A stretch of DNA of 64,000 nucleotides, from the NCBI GenBank assembly GCA_963924565.1, contig OZ004607.1:25048001-25112000 (forward strand). Reading direction: 5' to 3'. Source of the stretch: Ascidiella aspersa. Its lineage: Eukaryota. The position numbers and the translations under genes are program-made. The notes under the pieces are model-generated. The model made no database searches and was not told the DNA's origin. It saw nothing but the letters and a program-made list of their open reading frames with translations. Shown in pieces: positions 62,801-64,000 of the stretch (positions are counted from its first letter, which is position 1; each line of letters begins with the position of its first letter).

Positions 62801-63479
62801 TATGTAGGAACAATGGAAGATTGTCTTACTCGTAAAGTAACTTGAATAAACCACGAAACTAAAGTAAAAATACAGATTTGGGAACAGTTCAATGTTCAAT
62901 GTGTGTGCTCACGTTCCCTATACTGCTATTTGTTTAGATTATATGTTTTGTTCATTTCTTTTGGTAATATTTTATTTGAAAAATAGTACACGGCGACCCC
63001 CAAGACAACCTCTTGCGACCCCCATGCGGGGAACCACTCGTATAAACAGTGCAATATGCCCATTATAAGATAAGTTTTTTGTATTGCGTGTTTTCATACA
63101 AAGCCTCTTGCCATTTGCGTGACGTTTTAGAATTAGATTGCAATACCTAGCTTTGTTTACCACTTAAAGTGTGGCGTGTTTTGGTTGCAACAACACAGTT
63201 TTGTTTCACGGCTATTTTACCGAACGAGCACACAGTCTCGACCACCCGAAATACAACGTAAAACGTCAATGCTTCTCCCACGCGACCGCCTGGCCTATGG
63301 TCGCACGTCTATCGGGTGCCAAGTGCTGTTTGTGGTTTTCAGCACCCGTCGCATCCGGATACCATCATCACCTGCAGGTCGTACGACTCACAAACCAACA
63401 CTTACGCGGCCGACGGCGTCCTTATCGAGATAAAAGAGCCCGGTCGGCAGTGGAGAATTTCCTACCACGGTTTGATGAG
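59849..63479 (+). CDS. Uncharacterised invertebrate-family protein with a hydrophobic N-terminus; resembles the N-terminal domain of animal 'putative PEP synthase / phosphotransferase-like' proteins; 3'-truncated by the window edge
   Basis: Exons 59849-59951, 60590-60741, 61810-61959, 63343-63479; phases consistent. MFLEVVLSIFLVIILKAVYAVKW..YSKPGHLFAIKKCIAYVFFR..MDRDQPLLQHAYAADCVQF..MRPDNVAELCLYLQVPGHGFLQHPSHPDT..YAADGVLIEIKEPGRQWRISYHGLMR. The family assignment is from recalled motif similarity, not from a search. Confidence 0.75.
62547..63031. mobile_element. Degenerate hAT MITE
   Basis: CAGTTTTTCCCAAACTTTTTTTGTCGCGATCC left end, with GCGACCCC subterminal motifs at 62993-63022. Confidence 0.55.
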
Positions 63480-64000
63480 GTATACTTGTTGCGTTTGATA
63501 GCCGGCTTATCGGTGTAGCTGTCGTCTTTATGGAATTGCCCGTGACCCGATTTGAAATATCCCCACAACTTATTTCGCATAGAACTGATTTAAAAATAAA
63601 TTAACTGAAATTATTTTAATATATGTTATTACAGATTATTTTTTGACGTGGTATTGTTGATTGAAACCAGACTTAAAATATTGCCCTATTTTAAATCGAA
63701 CTAATCTAAACATTTACGAACAAGTTTGTATCACATCTTTCTTGGTCCTTAAGGGGCGGCATTTGCGTCCAGTTTACATATACACATACCCTACGTCAGC
63801 TGATGCACTCTACCGTGGCCGAAATGTTTGGCATGTAAACTAAAATTGTGCCTTGAAAGGTTCGGGATCCCTTCACCTGAAGGGCACCAATTATTGCCGT
63901 CAATGTGTTATTGTTACTATTTTTTGAACTTGATGTTGTTCTATTTTTATCAACGAGCGTGATTGAATGTAAAGTCTTAATCCTAACTTACTATCTTTTC

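Noticed and set aside
1-64000. CRISPR-like or prokaryotic systems; non-canonical introns
   Set aside because: The sequence is a spliced animal genome. The GACTT and GAGTC arrays are MITE subterminal repeats, not repeat-spacer arrays, and every intron I assembled is GT-AG.

Overview
Eukaryotic, intron-rich, AT-rich animal DNA. The gene sequences, MITE load and patchy CpG content suggest an ascidian/tunicate; this is an inference. I assembled four protein-coding genes by hand, all with GT-AG introns and consistent reading-frame phases: (1) the 3' part of calpain-7 (+, 1-14023; catalytic C/H/N intact); (2) a complete Kir2-like inward-rectifier K+ channel (-, 29036-19876, about 603 aa, 11 coding exons); (3) a CIZ1-like matrin zinc-finger protein (-, 56342-50183, about 699 aa, 17 exons); (4) the 5' part of an N-terminally hydrophobic protein resembling the N-terminal domain of invertebrate 'PEP-synthase-like/phosphotransferase' proteins (+, 59849 to beyond the window end). 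Introns and the 44-48.5 kb block are full of non-autonomous DNA transposons: hAT-type MITEs with 8-bp TSDs, TA-TSD elements and a foldback element with about 245-bp arms. The most intriguing signal is a structured, GC-richer island at about 15.9-16.4 kb between the convergent CAPN7 and Kir 3' ends. It has a TAACCCTAAC template-like motif enclosed by a long-range helix, a possible pseudoknot and an H/ACA-like 3' domain, so it is a telomerase-RNA candidate. A decayed repeat is a serious alternative explanation. Most ORFs in the supplied track are spurious.
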